From: Escherichia coli
GTDB lineage: Bacteria > Pseudomonadota > Gammaproteobacteria > Enterobacterales > Enterobacteriaceae
Reading direction: 5' to 3' (one strand)
Length of the DNA: 64,000 bases
NCBI RefSeq assembly: GCF_003334335.1
Contig: NZ_QOWQ01000013.1
The notes beneath the pieces are model-generated. The model had not been told where the DNA came from and did not search any database. It worked only from the letters and a program-made list of their open reading frames with translations. Below are positions 48,251 through 60,903 of the stretch, in pieces (position 1 is the stretch's first letter; the number at the start of each line of letters is the position of its first letter). The translations under genes and the position numbers were made by a program.

Positions 48251-48933
48251 TCTGCGGCATCTCCATAAACAGAAGGCAAGTTAAGTTCTCTTGCACCCTG
48301 CGCGCTATTTATCCATGCATACATTTCAGCGTTGCTGTGAATTGCCAGTCGACGCATCGCACTGTTTTTTTGGGCGCTGATAGTTTTATTACTTTTCTTA
48401 AGCAACGAAGCTATCTGGTTGATGCCCCATCCTTTACCTAATAGCCGCAGTACCTTGCGCTCTGAAAGAGTGAGAATGACGGAGCGATAGCTAAAATCAT
48501 GAGTTTCAGTCATTGCCGGAGAGGTCAGCATGGCGCTGATACGCTCTGCGTGCGTATTGCCGGAACGTACGGTCTTGACCAGATTCTCAATGGGTTCAAC
48601 ATCAGACAATAACGTCGCCGTAGGGCACATGAGCAATTCTACTGCCTGGGAATACCAGGAGCGTGACACCATGAAAACCCAGTGAATTTCCCGATATTGT
48701 GAAATTAAAGAATAATAATGCTCACAAACAGAACGTGGATCTTCACTTTCACCGGCTAAATCAGCAATGACTAATCCGGAACGACGTAATTGTAATAAGG
48801 TAAGGTCCTCCGCAGAGGCGCTGGATATTATTTCATATTCAGGGAAGTGAGTCCTCATGACCTCTTTTAACCCTGCTTGCATAACAGGTATTTTACTGAT
48901 AACAATTCCATTTTTGCAGCATCCTGGCAACAT
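48208..48933 (-). CDS. yjjQ: LuxR-family transcriptional regulator YjjQ
   Basis: 241-aa ORF with LuxR HTH ([23 protein letters not shown]); overlaps bglJ start. Confidence 0.9.
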
Positions 48934-49551
48934 ATTTCCTCCACATCCACTGTCTAAAAATCATGATGGTTTATTCAGGATATTCATTCCTTAAATGTTT
49001 CCAGCAAATTAATAGATTAAGCGAATAAATTATCCTTAGCATTCACTTTCATATCAGCATACTCCTGCTGCACAACAACTCCACTGCATGTGTCAGAAGG
49101 TTAGCATCAAATGATAACCTGGTGAAATAGCCTGGAGACATTTAAAATATCTACATTAAGTTGTTAGGAATACTTAATGAAAAACAGAAATCACATTCAT
49201 TTAATTTATAATTAAATGATATCCCTTCCCGCAGAATGAAAAATCACACAACCAATATTTATTCAATGAAATCTGATGGTTTTAACTTGTTAACATTAAA
49301 AAACGTGCCCGGTTATCTATAATCCTGATTCGTAAAGGCCAAACAATAAATTCATTATAGTGATAATATTCATGTGATAGTTTGTTTGCGGCGAGAGATA
49401 ATTCGCTTTTTATCACCGAGCTTGTCCCGATAACCAGGATTAATCAGCGCAATTTTGATCTTAACCTACCGCAAAACAACCGTGCTTCATGATACAAATG
49501 GATTCTCATTATCTGAACAATACGCAGCACGTCTATGACAAAGGGCGAGTT

Positions 49552-50786
<1,235 letters not shown>

Positions 50787-50892
50787 AATTGCCTCGCTTA
50801 AGCACACGGATGAGAGACAGCCTCCTCTCCTCCGTGTGTTACTATAAAAGTTATCTCCCTTCTCGTTCATCGTTCCATATTTGAGAAACAGT

Positions 50893-51432
50893 ATGTCTTC
50901 CAGAGTTTTGACCCCGGACGTCGTTGGTATTGACGCCCTGGTACACGATCACCAAACCGTTCTGGCAAAAGCTGAAGGCGGTGTGGTTGCCGTATTTGCT
51001 AACAATGCCCCGGCGTTTTATGCCGTCACGCCTGCACGCCTGGCTGAACTGCTGGCGCTGGAAGAAAAGCTGGCGCGTCCGGGAAGCGATGTCGCTCTGG
51101 ACGATCAACTCTATCAGGAACCGCAAGCCGCTCCCGTTGCTGTACCCATGGGGAAATTCGCCATGTATCCGGACTGGCAACCCGATGCCGACTTTATCCG
51201 CCTGGCGGCGCTATGGGGCGTGGCACTAAGAGAGCCGGTGACCACCGAAGAACTGGCCTCATTCATTGCCTACTGGCAGGCGGAAGGTAAAGTCTTTCAC
51301 CATGTACAGTGGCAACAAAAACTGGCGCGCAGCCTGCAAATCGGTCGTGCCAGCAACGGCGGACTGCCGAAACGAGATGTGAATACGGTCAGCGAACCTG
51401 ACAGCCAAATTCCACCAGGATTCAGAGGGTAA
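50893..51432 (+). CDS. dnaT: primosomal protein DnaT
   Basis: ORF trimmed to [35 protein letters not shown] (179 aa). Confidence 0.9.
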
Positions 51433-51434
51433 CG

Positions 51435-52172
51435 ATGAAAAACGTTGGCGACCTGATGCAACGCCTGCAAAAAATGATGCCTGCCCATATCAAACCTGCT
51501 TTCAAAACGGGTGAAGAACTACTGGCCTGGCAGAAAGAACAAGGGGCGATCCGCTCCGCCGCTCTCGAACGTGAAAATCGGGCGATGAAAATGCAGCGCA
51601 CCTTTAACCGCTCCGGTATTCGTCCACTGCATCAGAACTGCTCCTTTGAGAACTATCGCGTTGAGTGTGAAGGGCAAATGAATGCGTTAAGCAAAGCGCG
51701 CCAGTATGTCGAAGAGTTTGACGGCAACATCGCCAGCTTCATCTTTTCTGGTAAGCCAGGAACCGGTAAAAACCATCTGGCGGCAGCAATCTGCAACGAG
51801 CTGCTGCTACGCGGTAAATCCGTATTGATCATCACCGTGGCCGATATTATGTCGGCGATGAAAGATACCTTCAGGAATAGCGGTACCAGCGAAGAACAAC
51901 TGCTTAACGATCTGAGCAACGTTGATCTGCTGGTGATCGATGAGATCGGCGTGCAGACCGAATCGAAATACGAAAAAGTGATCATCAACCAGATCGTCGA
52001 TCGCCGCTCTTCTTCCAAACGCCCAACCGGGATGCTGACCAACAGTAATATGGAAGAGATGACCAAGTTGCTGGGCGAACGCGTGATGGACCGTATGCGC
52101 CTGGGTAACAGTTTGTGGGTGATCTTCAACTGGGATAGCTACCGTAGCCGGGTAACGGGTAAAGAGTATTAA
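51435..52172 (+). CDS. dnaC: DNA replication helicase loader DnaC
   Basis: 245-aa ORF with Walker A GKPGTGKNHLAAA. Confidence 0.95.
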   Translation: MKNVGDLMQRLQKMMPAHIKPAFKTGEELLAWQKEQGAIRSAALERENRAMKMQRTFNRSGIRPLHQNCSFENYRVECEGQMNALSKARQYVEEFDGNIASFIFSGKPGTGKNHLAAAICNELLLRGKSVLIITVADIMSAMKDTFRNSGTSEEQLLNDLSNVDLLVIDEIGVQTESKYEKVIINQIVDRRSSSKRPTGMLTNSNMEEMTKLLGERVMDRMRLGNSLWVIFNWDSYRSRVTGKEY

Positions 52173-52217
52173 TCCCCGTTTCTGGCGGTATACTGCGACA
52201 CAATTCCACCTTGAGTA

Positions 52218-52715
52218 ATGATGATGAAAACTGTTAAACATCTTCTGTGCTGTGCCATTGCCGCCAGCGCATTAATTTCCACCGGGGTGCATGCTGCGTC
52301 CTGGAAAGATGCGCTCTCCAGCGCCGCCAGCGAACTTGGCAACCAAAACAGCACGACACAGGAAGGCGGTTGGTCGCTCGCGTCATTAACTAACTTGCTT
52401 AGCAGCGGGAACCAGGCCTTAAGCGCAGATAACATGAACAATGCCGCAGGCATTCTGCAATACTGCGCGAAGCAAAAGCTGGCGTCGGTAACCGATGCCG
52501 AAAACATCAAGAATCAGGTGCTGGAAAAGCTGGGCCTGAACAGTGAAGAGCAAAAAGAGGACACCAACTATCTGGACGGCATTCAGGGTTTGCTGAAAAC
52601 CAAAGATGGTCAGCAACTCAATCTGGATAACATCGGAACGACTCCGCTGGCAGAAAAGGTGAAAACCAAAGCCTGCGATCTGGTGTTAAAGCAGGGGCTG
52701 AACTTCATTTCCTGA
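52218..52715 (+). CDS. yjjA: YjjA (DUF2501) secreted protein
   Basis: 165-aa ORF with signal peptide MMKTVKHLLCCAIAASALISTGVHA. Confidence 0.8.
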   Translation: MMMKTVKHLLCCAIAASALISTGVHAASWKDALSSAASELGNQNSTTQEGGWSLASLTNLLSSGNQALSADNMNNAAGILQYCAKQKLASVTDAENIKNQVLEKLGLNSEEQKEDTNYLDGIQGLLKTKDGQQLNLDNIGTTPLAEKVKTKACDLVLKQGLNFIS

Positions 52716-52968
52716 ACCGTTAAACGCCGCGTTTTAGCTGTTACCCGGCTGACGCGGCTCTCTCCTGCCCTTTTCCCTGCTCGTGGACGGTTTTACCCCT
52801 GTTACACGGGAAGCGACCGCGATCAAAAAAGTCTGTTTATAAACTAATTCCTAACAACATCGCATTTTTTTGACACTAGAATTGCAGCAATATAGCGACG
52901 CCATTACATTGTGCTTCTCAAAAAGCTTAAACGTTGGCTAAACGGCCCGGTTTAGTGAGGATCGCCCG

Positions 52969-55260
52969 TTGTCAGAACTACTCTCTTTCGCCCTTTTTCT
53001 CGCCTCTGTGCTGATTTACGCATGGAAAGCGGGACGTAACACCTGGTGGTTTGCAGCCACATTAACGGTGCTGGGGCTATTTGTCGTTTTAAATATCACC
53101 CTGTTTGCCAGCGACTATTTTACTGGCGATGGTATTAACGACGCGGTTCTCTATACCTTAACCAACAGCCTGACCGGTGCTGGCGTCAGCAAATACATCC
53201 TGCCGGGTATCGGCATTGTGCTGGGGCTGACGGCGGTGTTCGGTGCGCTGGGCTGGATCCTGCGCCGTCGTCGTCATCATCCGCACCATTTTGGTTACAG
53301 CCTGCTGGCACTCTTACTGGCGCTGGGTTCAGTGGATGCCAGCCCGGCATTTCGTCAGATAACGGAACTGGTGAAATCCCAGTCACGCGACGGCGACCCG
53401 GACTTTGCGGCTTATTATAAAGAGCCGTCGAAAACTATCACTGACCCGAAACTCAACCTGGTTTATATCTACGGCGAAAGTCTCGAGCGAACCTATTTTG
53501 ATAACGAAGCTTTCCCGGATCTCACGCCTGAACTGGGCGCGTTGAAAAATGAAGGCCTAGATTTCAGCCACACGCAGCAGCTGCCAGGAACGGATTACAC
53601 GATTGCGGGCATGGTGGCTTCTCAGTGCGGCATACCGCTGTTTGCCCCCTTTGAAGGCAACGCCTCCGCTTCTGTTTCCAGCTTCTTCCCGCAGAACATC
53701 TGTCTGGGCGATATCCTGAAAAACTCGGGTTATCAGAACTATTTCGTGCAGGGCGCGAATCTGCGTTTTGCCGGTAAAGATGTGTTCCTGAAGTCGCATG
53801 GCTTCGACCACTTATACGGCTCAGAAGAGCTGAAAAGCGTGGTCGCCGACCCGCACTATCGCAACGACTGGGGATTCTACGACGATACCGTTCTCGATGA
53901 AGCGTGGAAAAAGTTTGAAGAGCTTTCCCGCTCAGGTCAGCGATTCTCACTGTTTACCCTGACAGTCGATACCCATCACCCGGATGGTTTTATCTCGCGC
54001 ACCTGTAACCGCAAAAAATATGATTTTGACGGTAAGCCGAATCAGTCATTCAGCGCGGTAAGTTGCAGCCAGGAGAACATCGCGACGTTTATCAACAAAA
54101 TCAAAGCGTCACCGTGGTTTAAAGATACTGTCATCGTCGTCTCTTCTGACCATTTAGCGATGAACAACACGGCGTGGAAATACCTCAATAAGCAGGATCG
54201 CAATAACCTGTTTTTTGTCATCCGTGGCGACAAGCCGCAGCAAGAGACGCTGGCAGTGAAGCGTAATACGATGGATAACGGCGCGACGGTGCTGGACATT
54301 CTCGGTGGCGATAACTATCTCGGACTTGGTCGTAGCAGTTTATCCGGGCAGTCAATGTCGGAAATCTTCCTCAATATCAAAGAGAAAACATTGGCGTGGA
54401 AGCCGGATATCATCCGCCTGTGGAAATTCCCTAAAGAGATGAAAGAGTTCACCATCGACCAGCAGAAAAACATGATTGCCTTCTCGGGTAGCCATTTCCG
54501 TTTGCCGCTGCTGTTGCGGGTTTCAGACAAACGCGTGGAACCGCTGCCGGAAAGCGAATACTCAGCACCGCTGCGTTTCCAGCTGGCCGATTTCGCTCCA
54601 CGCGACAATTTCGTCTGGGTTGACCGTTGCTATAAGATGGCACAACTCTGGGCTCCGGAACTGGCACTTTCCACCGACTGGTGTGTCTCGCAGGGGCAGC
54701 TTGGCGGTCAGCAAATTGTCCAGCATGTTGATAAAACAATGTGGAAGGGCAAAACGGCATTTAAAGATACGGTCATCGACATGGCGCGTTACAAAGGCAA
54801 TGTCGATACGCTGAAGATTGTTGATAACGATATTCGCTACAAAGCCGACAGTTTCATCTTTAACGTCGCCGGTGCGCCAGAAGAGGTGAAACAGTTTAGC
54901 GGGATTTCCCGTCCGGAGTCGTGGGGCCGCTGGTCCAACGCGCAGCTGGGCGATGAAGTAAAAATCGAGTACAAGCATCCGCTGCCGAAGAAATTTGACC
55001 TGGTGATTACCGCCAAAGCATACGGCAATAACGCCAGCCGTCCTATTCCGGTACGCGTAGGCAATGAAGAACAAACTCTTGTGCTGGGCAATGAAGTGAC
55101 CACCACCACACTGCATTTCGATAACCCAACCGATGCCGACACACTGGTAATTGTGCCGCCGGAACCTGTCTCAACCAACGAAGGGAATATCCTCGGACAC
55201 TCGCCGCGTAAGCTCGGGATCGGCATGGTGGAAATTAAAGTTGTGGAACGTGAAGGGTAA
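52969..55260 (+). CDS. opgB: phosphoglycerol transferase I (OPG biosynthesis)
   Basis: 763-aa ORF with N-terminal TM segments and sulfatase-like domain; apparent TTG start. Confidence 0.95.
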   Translation: MSELLSFALFLASVLIYAWKAGRNTWWFAATLTVLGLFVVLNITLFASDYFTGDGINDAVLYTLTNSLTGAGVSKYILPGIGIVLGLTAVFGALGWILRRRRHHPHHFGYSLLALLLALGSVDASPAFRQITELVKSQSRDGDPDFAAYYKEPSKTITDPKLNLVYIYGESLERTYFDNEAFPDLTPELGALKNEGLDFSHTQQLPGTDYTIAGMVASQCGIPLFAPFEGNASASVSSFFPQNICLGDILKNSGYQNYFVQGANLRFAGKDVFLKSHGFDHLYGSEELKSVVADPHYRNDWGFYDDTVLDEAWKKFEELSRSGQRFSLFTLTVDTHHPDGFISRTCNRKKYDFDGKPNQSFSAVSCSQENIATFINKIKASPWFKDTVIVVSSDHLAMNNTAWKYLNKQDRNNLFFVIRGDKPQQETLAVKRNTMDNGATVLDILGGDNYLGLGRSSLSGQSMSEIFLNIKEKTLAWKPDIIRLWKFPKEMKEFTIDQQKNMIAFSGSHFRLPLLLRVSDKRVEPLPESEYSAPLRFQLADFAPRDNFVWVDRCYKMAQLWAPELALSTDWCVSQGQLGGQQIVQHVDKTMWKGKTAFKDTVIDMARYKGNVDTLKIVDNDIRYKADSFIFNVAGAPEEVKQFSGISRPESWGRWSNAQLGDEVKIEYKHPLPKKFDLVITAKAYGNNASRPIPVRVGNEEQTLVLGNEVTTTTLHFDNPTDADTLVIVPPEPVSTNEGNILGHSPRKLGIGMVEIKVVEREG

Positions 55261-55272
55261 TTCCTGACTGAT

Positions 55273-55301
55273 GTGTAGGTCGCATAAGGTGCGACCTACA
55301 C
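55273..55301. terminator. palindromic hairpin downstream of opgB (REP-like / terminator)
   Basis: gtaggtcgca-taagg-tgcgacctac 10-bp stem. Confidence 0.5.
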
Positions 55302-55399
55302 ACCTTCTCCGGCCTACAAAACATCATTGAGAAACAGAAAAAAAACAGCGCCCAACACTTCCCCGGACGCTGCATGGCAACTTTAATAATCTCGCCTTA

Positions 55400-56422
55400 T
55401 CAGAAAGTAATTACACCCTTAATCAACTCACGATTGTTAATCACATCGCGCTCGTAGGTTTCTGCCAGCGTGGCGAACGGATAGCGATGGGTTAACATCA
55501 TGTCAGCAGTGATTTTTCCTTCCGCCATCAGTCGACCGACTTTAGCAAAATCTTCCGGCGTGGCGTTGCGGCTGCCCATCATCGTCGTTTCTTTTTTATG
55601 GAATTCCGGATCGGAGAACTGCAACTCACCTTTAAACAGGCCGACAAATACCACCGTGCCGCCGTGACGAATCAGATTTACGGTGTTATTCATCGCATGT
55701 TGATTACCTGTCGCGTCGATCACTTTCTGCGCCAGCGAACCACCAAACTGCGCCCGCAGCTGCGCGTCAAAATCTTCGGCTGACGGGTCCAGCACGGGCA
55801 ACTCCAGACGCGTTGCCACATGTTCTCGGCGTGCCGGACTGGTATCCGCCACCACCACCTGTGCGCCATCAGCTTTAGCGATTGCCGCCGCGCCCAGACC
55901 GATTGGCCCCGCCCCGACCACCAGCACCTGCTCGCCGGGAGCAATGGCTGCACGACGCACCGCATGTGCGCTAATAGCGAAAGGTTCAATCAATGCTGCC
56001 GCCTGCGGGTCAATACCGTCTGCGGGCAAAATGTTCGCCACCGGCACGCTCAAATACTCACTAAAACCACCATCCTGATGCACACCAATAACTGAAATTT
56101 TTTCACAGCAATTGGTACGCCCGCTTTTACACGCCGGACATTGCTGACAGGCAACATAAGGGATCACAGCAACTTGCTGACCATTTTTAAGATCAGCAAT
56201 ATTTTTACCCAGCCCAACAATCTCCCCACATATTTCATGGCCTAAAACCCGTGGATAACTAAAAAATGGTTGATTTCCACCCCAGGCATGAATATCGGTA
56301 CCGCAAATCCCGACAGACTTAATTTTTATTAATGCTTCATTGTCACCCGGAATAGGTATCTCGCGTTGTTTCCAGACTAATTCTTTCGGCTGCTGGCAAA
56401 TTAAAACATTCATTGTAGACAT
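55400..56422 (-). CDS. lgoD: L-galactonate 5-dehydrogenase (Zn-dependent MDR family)
   Basis: ORF 55400..56437 trimmed to MSTMNVLICQQPKELVWKQREIPIPG (340 aa); GHE and GAGPIG motifs. Confidence 0.9.
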   Translation of the reverse strand: MSTMNVLICQQPKELVWKQREIPIPGDNEALIKIKSVGICGTDIHAWGGNQPFFSYPRVLGHEICGEIVGLGKNIADLKNGQQVAVIPYVACQQCPACKSGRTNCCEKISVIGVHQDGGFSEYLSVPVANILPADGIDPQAAALIEPFAISAHAVRRAAIAPGEQVLVVGAGPIGLGAAAIAKADGAQVVVADTSPARREHVATRLELPVLDPSAEDFDAQLRAQFGGSLAQKVIDATGNQHAMNNTVNLIRHGGTVVFVGLFKGELQFSDPEFHKKETTMMGSRNATPEDFAKVGRLMAEGKITADMMLTHRYPFATLAETYERDVINNRELIKGVITF

Positions 56423-56560
56423 GATTCGGCTCTCCATTTTTTGTTGCCTTAGATATCAATGAAAATGAAAAATGGCAGCGGAACGGAAAATCTGTTTTGT
56501 GAAAACACACGCATAAAAATGTTTTAAATCGGGTTTTAATGGACTCACAAGGAGGAAAAT

Positions 56561-57475
56561 ATGAGTCGCTCACAAAATTTACGCCACAATGTGATTAACC
56601 AGGTCATTGATGATATGGCGCGGGGTCATATCCCTTCCCCACTTCCATCGCAAAGTGCGCTGGCGGAAATGTACAACATCAGCCGCACTACAGTGCGTCA
56701 TATTCTCAGCCACTTACGCGAATGCGGCGTCTTAACGCAGGTTGGAAACGACTATGTTATTGCGCGTAAACCTGACCATGATGACGGTTTCGCCTGTACT
56801 ACCGCTTCAATGAGTGAACAAAACAAAGTGTTTGAGCAGGCTTTTTTCACGATGATAAACCAGCGTCAGTTACGCCCTGGGGAAACTTTTTCTGAACTGC
56901 AACTGGCGCGGGCCGCGGGTGTCAGCCCGGTGGTTGTAAGAGAATATCTTTTAAAATTCGGCCGTTATAATCTTATTCAAAGCGAAAAGCGCGGCCAGTG
57001 GAGCATGAAGCAATTCGATCAATCCTACGCCGAGCAGCTGTTTGAGCTACGCGAAATGCTCGAAACACATTCACTTCAGCACTTTCTCAACCTGCCTGAT
57101 CATGATCCCCGCTGGCTGCAGGCGAAAACCATGCTCGAACGTCATCGGCTACTGCGTGACAACATCGGCAATAGCTTTCGCATGTTCTCGCAACTTGACA
57201 GAGATTTTCACTCCTTACTGCTTTCAGCTGCCGACAATATCTTTTTTGATCAATCGCTTGAGATCATCTCAGTCATCTTTCATTTTCACTATCAATGGGA
57301 CGAAAGCGATCTTAAACAGCGCAATATCATTGCCGTCGATGAGCATATGACCATTCTCAGCGCTCTGATTTGCCGCAGTGACCTTGATGCCACCCTTGCG
57401 CTCCGTAACCATTTGAATTCAGCTAAACAATCAATGATTCGATCCATTAATGAGAACACGCGTTATGCTCATTAA
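56561..57475 (+). CDS. lgoR: GntR-family regulator LgoR
   Basis: 304-aa ORF with N-terminal GntR HTH. Confidence 0.9.
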   Translation: MSRSQNLRHNVINQVIDDMARGHIPSPLPSQSALAEMYNISRTTVRHILSHLRECGVLTQVGNDYVIARKPDHDDGFACTTASMSEQNKVFEQAFFTMINQRQLRPGETFSELQLARAAGVSPVVVREYLLKFGRYNLIQSEKRGQWSMKQFDQSYAEQLFELREMLETHSLQHFLNLPDHDPRWLQAKTMLERHRLLRDNIGNSFRMFSQLDRDFHSLLLSAADNIFFDQSLEIISVIFHFHYQWDESDLKQRNIIAVDEHMTILSALICRSDLDATLALRNHLNSAKQSMIRSINENTRYAH

Positions 57476-57689
57476 GTACGGATTAAAAACAGCAAACTAT
57501 TAGCGGGTGCACGGTTTTATCAAAAGATAAATACCGGGAAATTCCCGCTTACCTATGCTCACAATCAGTCGACTAAAAATGTTTTTGTGAGCGGTAGTAA
57601 AGTCCTAAAACTTTAACCTGCCGTTAATGTCAACCTTGCGTAATGCACAATTACGTAAACAATTAAAATTATAAATACAGGAGTCCGGC

Positions 57690-59051
57690 GTGGAAAAAGA
57701 AAATATCACCCTCGATCCGCGTTCTTCATTTACTCCATCTTCGTCGGCAGATATTCCCGTGCCACCAGATGGATTAGTTCAACGCAGTACCCGAATTAAA
57801 CGCATTCAAACCACCGCCATGTTGTTATTATTTTTTGCGGCGGTAATCAATTATCTCGACCGCAGTTCGCTGTCGGTAGCAAATTTAACGATTCGTGAAG
57901 AATTGGGATTAAGTGCCACCGAAATCGGCGCTTTGCTCTCCGTGTTTTCACTCGCTTACGGGATTGCGCAACTTCCTTGCGGCCCACTATTGGATCGTAA
58001 AGGCCCGCGCCTGATGCTGGGACTCGGGATGTTCTTCTGGTCACTGTTCCAGGCAATGTCTGGCATGGTGCACAGCTTTACGCAGTTCGTGTTGGTGCGT
58101 ATCGGTATGGGGATTGGTGAAGCGCCGATGAACCCATGCGGTGTAAAAGTCATTAACGACTGGTTCAACATCAAAGAGCGCGGACGCCCGATGGGCTTCT
58201 TCAACGCAGCTTCTACCATTGGCGTTGCCGTAAGCCCACCGATTCTGGCGGCGATGATGCTGGTGATGGGCTGGCGTGGGATGTTTATTACCATTGGTGT
58301 GCTGGGGATTTTTCTCGCCATTGGCTGGTATATGCTCTATCGCAACCGCGAGCACGTAGAACTGACTGCCGTTGAACAAGCTTACCTCAATGCTGGTAGC
58401 GTGAATGCCCGCCGAGATCCGCTCAGTTTTGCCGAATGGCGCAGCCTGTTCCGTAACCGCACAATGTGGGGAATGATGCTCGGATTCAGTGGCATCAACT
58501 ACACTGCGTGGCTGTATCTGGCCTGGCTTCCTGGTTACCTGCAAACAGCCTATAACCTGGATTTAAAAAGCACAGGGTTGATGGCGGCTATCCCTTTCCT
58601 GTTTGGGGCTGCCGGGATGCTGGTCAACGGTTACGTTACTGACTGGCTGGTCAAAGGGGGAATGGCTCCGATTAAAAGCCGTAAGATCTGCATTATTGCC
58701 GGGATGTTCTGTTCTGCCGCCTTTACGCTGGTCGTACCGCAAGCGACAACATCCATGACGGCGGTTCTGCTGATTGGCATGGCACTGTTCTGTATTCACT
58801 TTGCCGGAACATCCTGCTGGGGCTTGATCCACGTCGCAGTTGCTTCTCGCATGACTGCGTCGGTGGGCAGTATCCAGAACTTTGCCAGCTTCATCTGCGC
58901 CTCTTTCGCGCCGATCATTACTGGTTTTATTGTTGATACCACCCATTCATTCCGTCTGGCACTAATCATCTGCGGTTGCGTCACTGCGGCGGGTGCACTG
59001 GCGTACATCTTCCTGGTTCGTCAGCCGATCAACGACCCACGGAAAGATTAA
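57690..59051 (+). CDS. lgoT: L-galactonate:proton symporter (MFS)
   Basis: 453-aa 12-TM MFS ORF. Confidence 0.9.
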   Translation: MEKENITLDPRSSFTPSSSADIPVPPDGLVQRSTRIKRIQTTAMLLLFFAAVINYLDRSSLSVANLTIREELGLSATEIGALLSVFSLAYGIAQLPCGPLLDRKGPRLMLGLGMFFWSLFQAMSGMVHSFTQFVLVRIGMGIGEAPMNPCGVKVINDWFNIKERGRPMGFFNAASTIGVAVSPPILAAMMLVMGWRGMFITIGVLGIFLAIGWYMLYRNREHVELTAVEQAYLNAGSVNARRDPLSFAEWRSLFRNRTMWGMMLGFSGINYTAWLYLAWLPGYLQTAYNLDLKSTGLMAAIPFLFGAAGMLVNGYVTDWLVKGGMAPIKSRKICIIAGMFCSAAFTLVVPQATTSMTAVLLIGMALFCIHFAGTSCWGLIHVAVASRMTASVGSIQNFASFICASFAPIITGFIVDTTHSFRLALIICGCVTAAGALAYIFLVRQPINDPRKD

Positions 59052-59057
59052 TCTCCC

Positions 59058-59090
59058 TATGCCCGATAACATTTTGCTTATCGGGCATTT
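59058..59090 (+). terminator. lgoT rho-independent terminator
   Basis: gcccgataa-cattttgc-ttatcgggc hairpin followed by attttt. Confidence 0.55.
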
Positions 59091-59099
59091 TTATGGCGA

Positions 59100-60764
59100 T
59101 TAAAACGTTTCCCAGTTCTCCCCGCTATCTGCCACGGCCATTTTACGCGGCGCAGCTGGCGTCACGGTTTTTACCACAGCCGATGTTTCACGCTGCTGTT
59201 GCTGCTGTTGCTGAATCCGGAACACTGCCACAGCTTCGGTCAGGCGACTGGCCTGCTCTTCCAGCGCGGCGGCGGCAGCGGCAGATTCTTCCACCAGCGC
59301 AGCGTTCTGTTGGGTTACTCTGTCCATCTCAGCGACCGCTAAGCCAACCTGATCGATACCACGGCTCTGCTCATCAGAAGCCGAAGCAATTTCGCCCATA
59401 ATGTCCGTCACGCGGGTCACGGCACTGACAATCTCCGCCATTGTTTCCCCTGCGCTTTCGACCAGCGTAGAGCCAACATCTACTTTCCCCACCGAGTCTT
59501 CAATCAGGCTTTTAATTTCACGAGCCGCCTGAGCGCTGCGCTGGGCCAGATTACGCACTTCACCCGCGACCACCGCAAAACCGCGCCCTTGCTCACCCGC
59601 GCGCGCTGCTTCAACCGCCGCGTTCAAAGCGAGAATATTGGTCTGGAAGGCAATGCCGTCAATTACGCTGATAATATCGGCGATTTTCTGCGAACTGGTG
59701 GAGATATCGCGCATGGTCTGCACCACGTTATCCACCACTTTGCCGCCGCGTTGCGCCGTTTCAGAAGCACTTAACGCCAGGTGGCTGGCCTGGCGCGCAT
59801 TTTCGGCGTTCTGCTTCACCGTTGCGGTCAGTTGCTCCATGCTGGCTGCCGTCTCTTCCAGCGAAGCGGCCTGTTGCTCGGTGCGCGAAGAGAGATCGTT
59901 ATTGCCGGTAGCGATTTCGCTGGCACCGCTATAGATGGCATTGGCCCCGTTGCGCACATCACCGACGGTACGCATCAGCTCTCCCTGCATATGGCGCAAA
60001 CTCTCAGCCAGTTGCCCCATCTCATTAGAGCCATCCACCTCAATCGGTTTCACCAGATCGCCGCCTGCAATATGACGAATGCTGTCAATCAGGCGATTCA
60101 TTGGCGCTACCAACGAGGCTTTAATACCGAACCAGACGGCGAAGATGACCGCCAGTACGACGATCATCACGCCCACCAGAATCCACATCGCCTGGCTGTA
60201 GGAGGCATTATTATCGCTGACGGCGATATCATAGAGCCGATCGTTTTGCTCCATGTAAGCCACATACTGCTTCTCGAAACCGTCCTGATATCCCTGGGTC
60301 GGCTGATCAAAGAACTCGTTGATTTTGCCTGCACCTAACAGTTGGATCAGCTCCGCCAGCGCATTGTGATAAATATCGTAATTACGTTTGATCTCTGCCG
60401 CTGCGGCGGTGCTCTGACGCGGGTCACGCGGCAACGCTTCGTAATCCGCCCAGTTTTTTTCCGCCTGTTTCAGCGAAATACTGGCACTCTGCATCAGCTC
60501 AGCAACGGTTGAACCGCTACCAATATTATTCTGATCCATCATGTAGCGGATACCCGCGCGGTTGAGGGTGTTACGCGTCTGCAACAACGCGACCCAGCTG
60601 CCATTCAGCGTGGATTGCTGCTGGCGAATGGTTTGTAAAACAGTGAAATTTTCTTTGTCATTCTTTAAGGCATTAAAGAACAGACCGCCTGATGTCAGTT
60701 GTAAAAGGCCAAAAACGGCCAAAACCAGCAGTAAGCTGGTCACGATCTTGATACGTTTTAACAT
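59100..60764 (-). CDS. tsr: methyl-accepting chemotaxis protein I (serine receptor) Tsr
   Basis: ORF trimmed to [21 protein letters not shown]...; C-terminus NWETF; 7-Gln run [13 protein letters not shown]. Confidence 0.95.
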   Translation of the reverse strand: MLKRIKIVTSLLLVLAVFGLLQLTSGGLFFNALKNDKENFTVLQTIRQQQSTLNGSWVALLQTRNTLNRAGIRYMMDQNNIGSGSTVAELMQSASISLKQAEKNWADYEALPRDPRQSTAAAAEIKRNYDIYHNALAELIQLLGAGKINEFFDQPTQGYQDGFEKQYVAYMEQNDRLYDIAVSDNNASYSQAMWILVGVMIVVLAVIFAVWFGIKASLVAPMNRLIDSIRHIAGGDLVKPIEVDGSNEMGQLAESLRHMQGELMRTVGDVRNGANAIYSGASEIATGNNDLSSRTEQQAASLEETAASMEQLTATVKQNAENARQASHLALSASETAQRGGKVVDNVVQTMRDISTSSQKIADIISVIDGIAFQTNILALNAAVEAARAGEQGRGFAVVAGEVRNLAQRSAQAAREIKSLIEDSVGKVDVGSTLVESAGETMAEIVSAVTRVTDIMGEIASASDEQSRGIDQVGLAVAEMDRVTQQNAALVEESAAAAAALEEQASRLTEAVAVFRIQQQQQQQRETSAVVKTVTPAAPRKMAVADSGENWETF

Positions 60765-60795
60765 GGTTTCTCTTTCCACTAGACAGATACACTGG

Positions 60796-60822
60796 TTGTC
60801 GGCCTGGTGGTGGAAAACTTTA
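60796..60822 (-). promoter_or_regulatory. sigma-28 (FliA) promoter of tsr
   Basis: minus-strand TAAAGTTT-N11-GCCGACAA matching the TAAAGTTT-N11-GCCGATAA consensus, about 30 bp upstream of tsr start. Confidence 0.55.
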
Positions 60823-60903
60823 TGCTGTGGAAAAGCGTCGGCACTGCTTTTGTTGCAGCAAACTTGCGTTTTTTGTGAGGGTCACACTCTATAGCGGCAG
60901 TTT

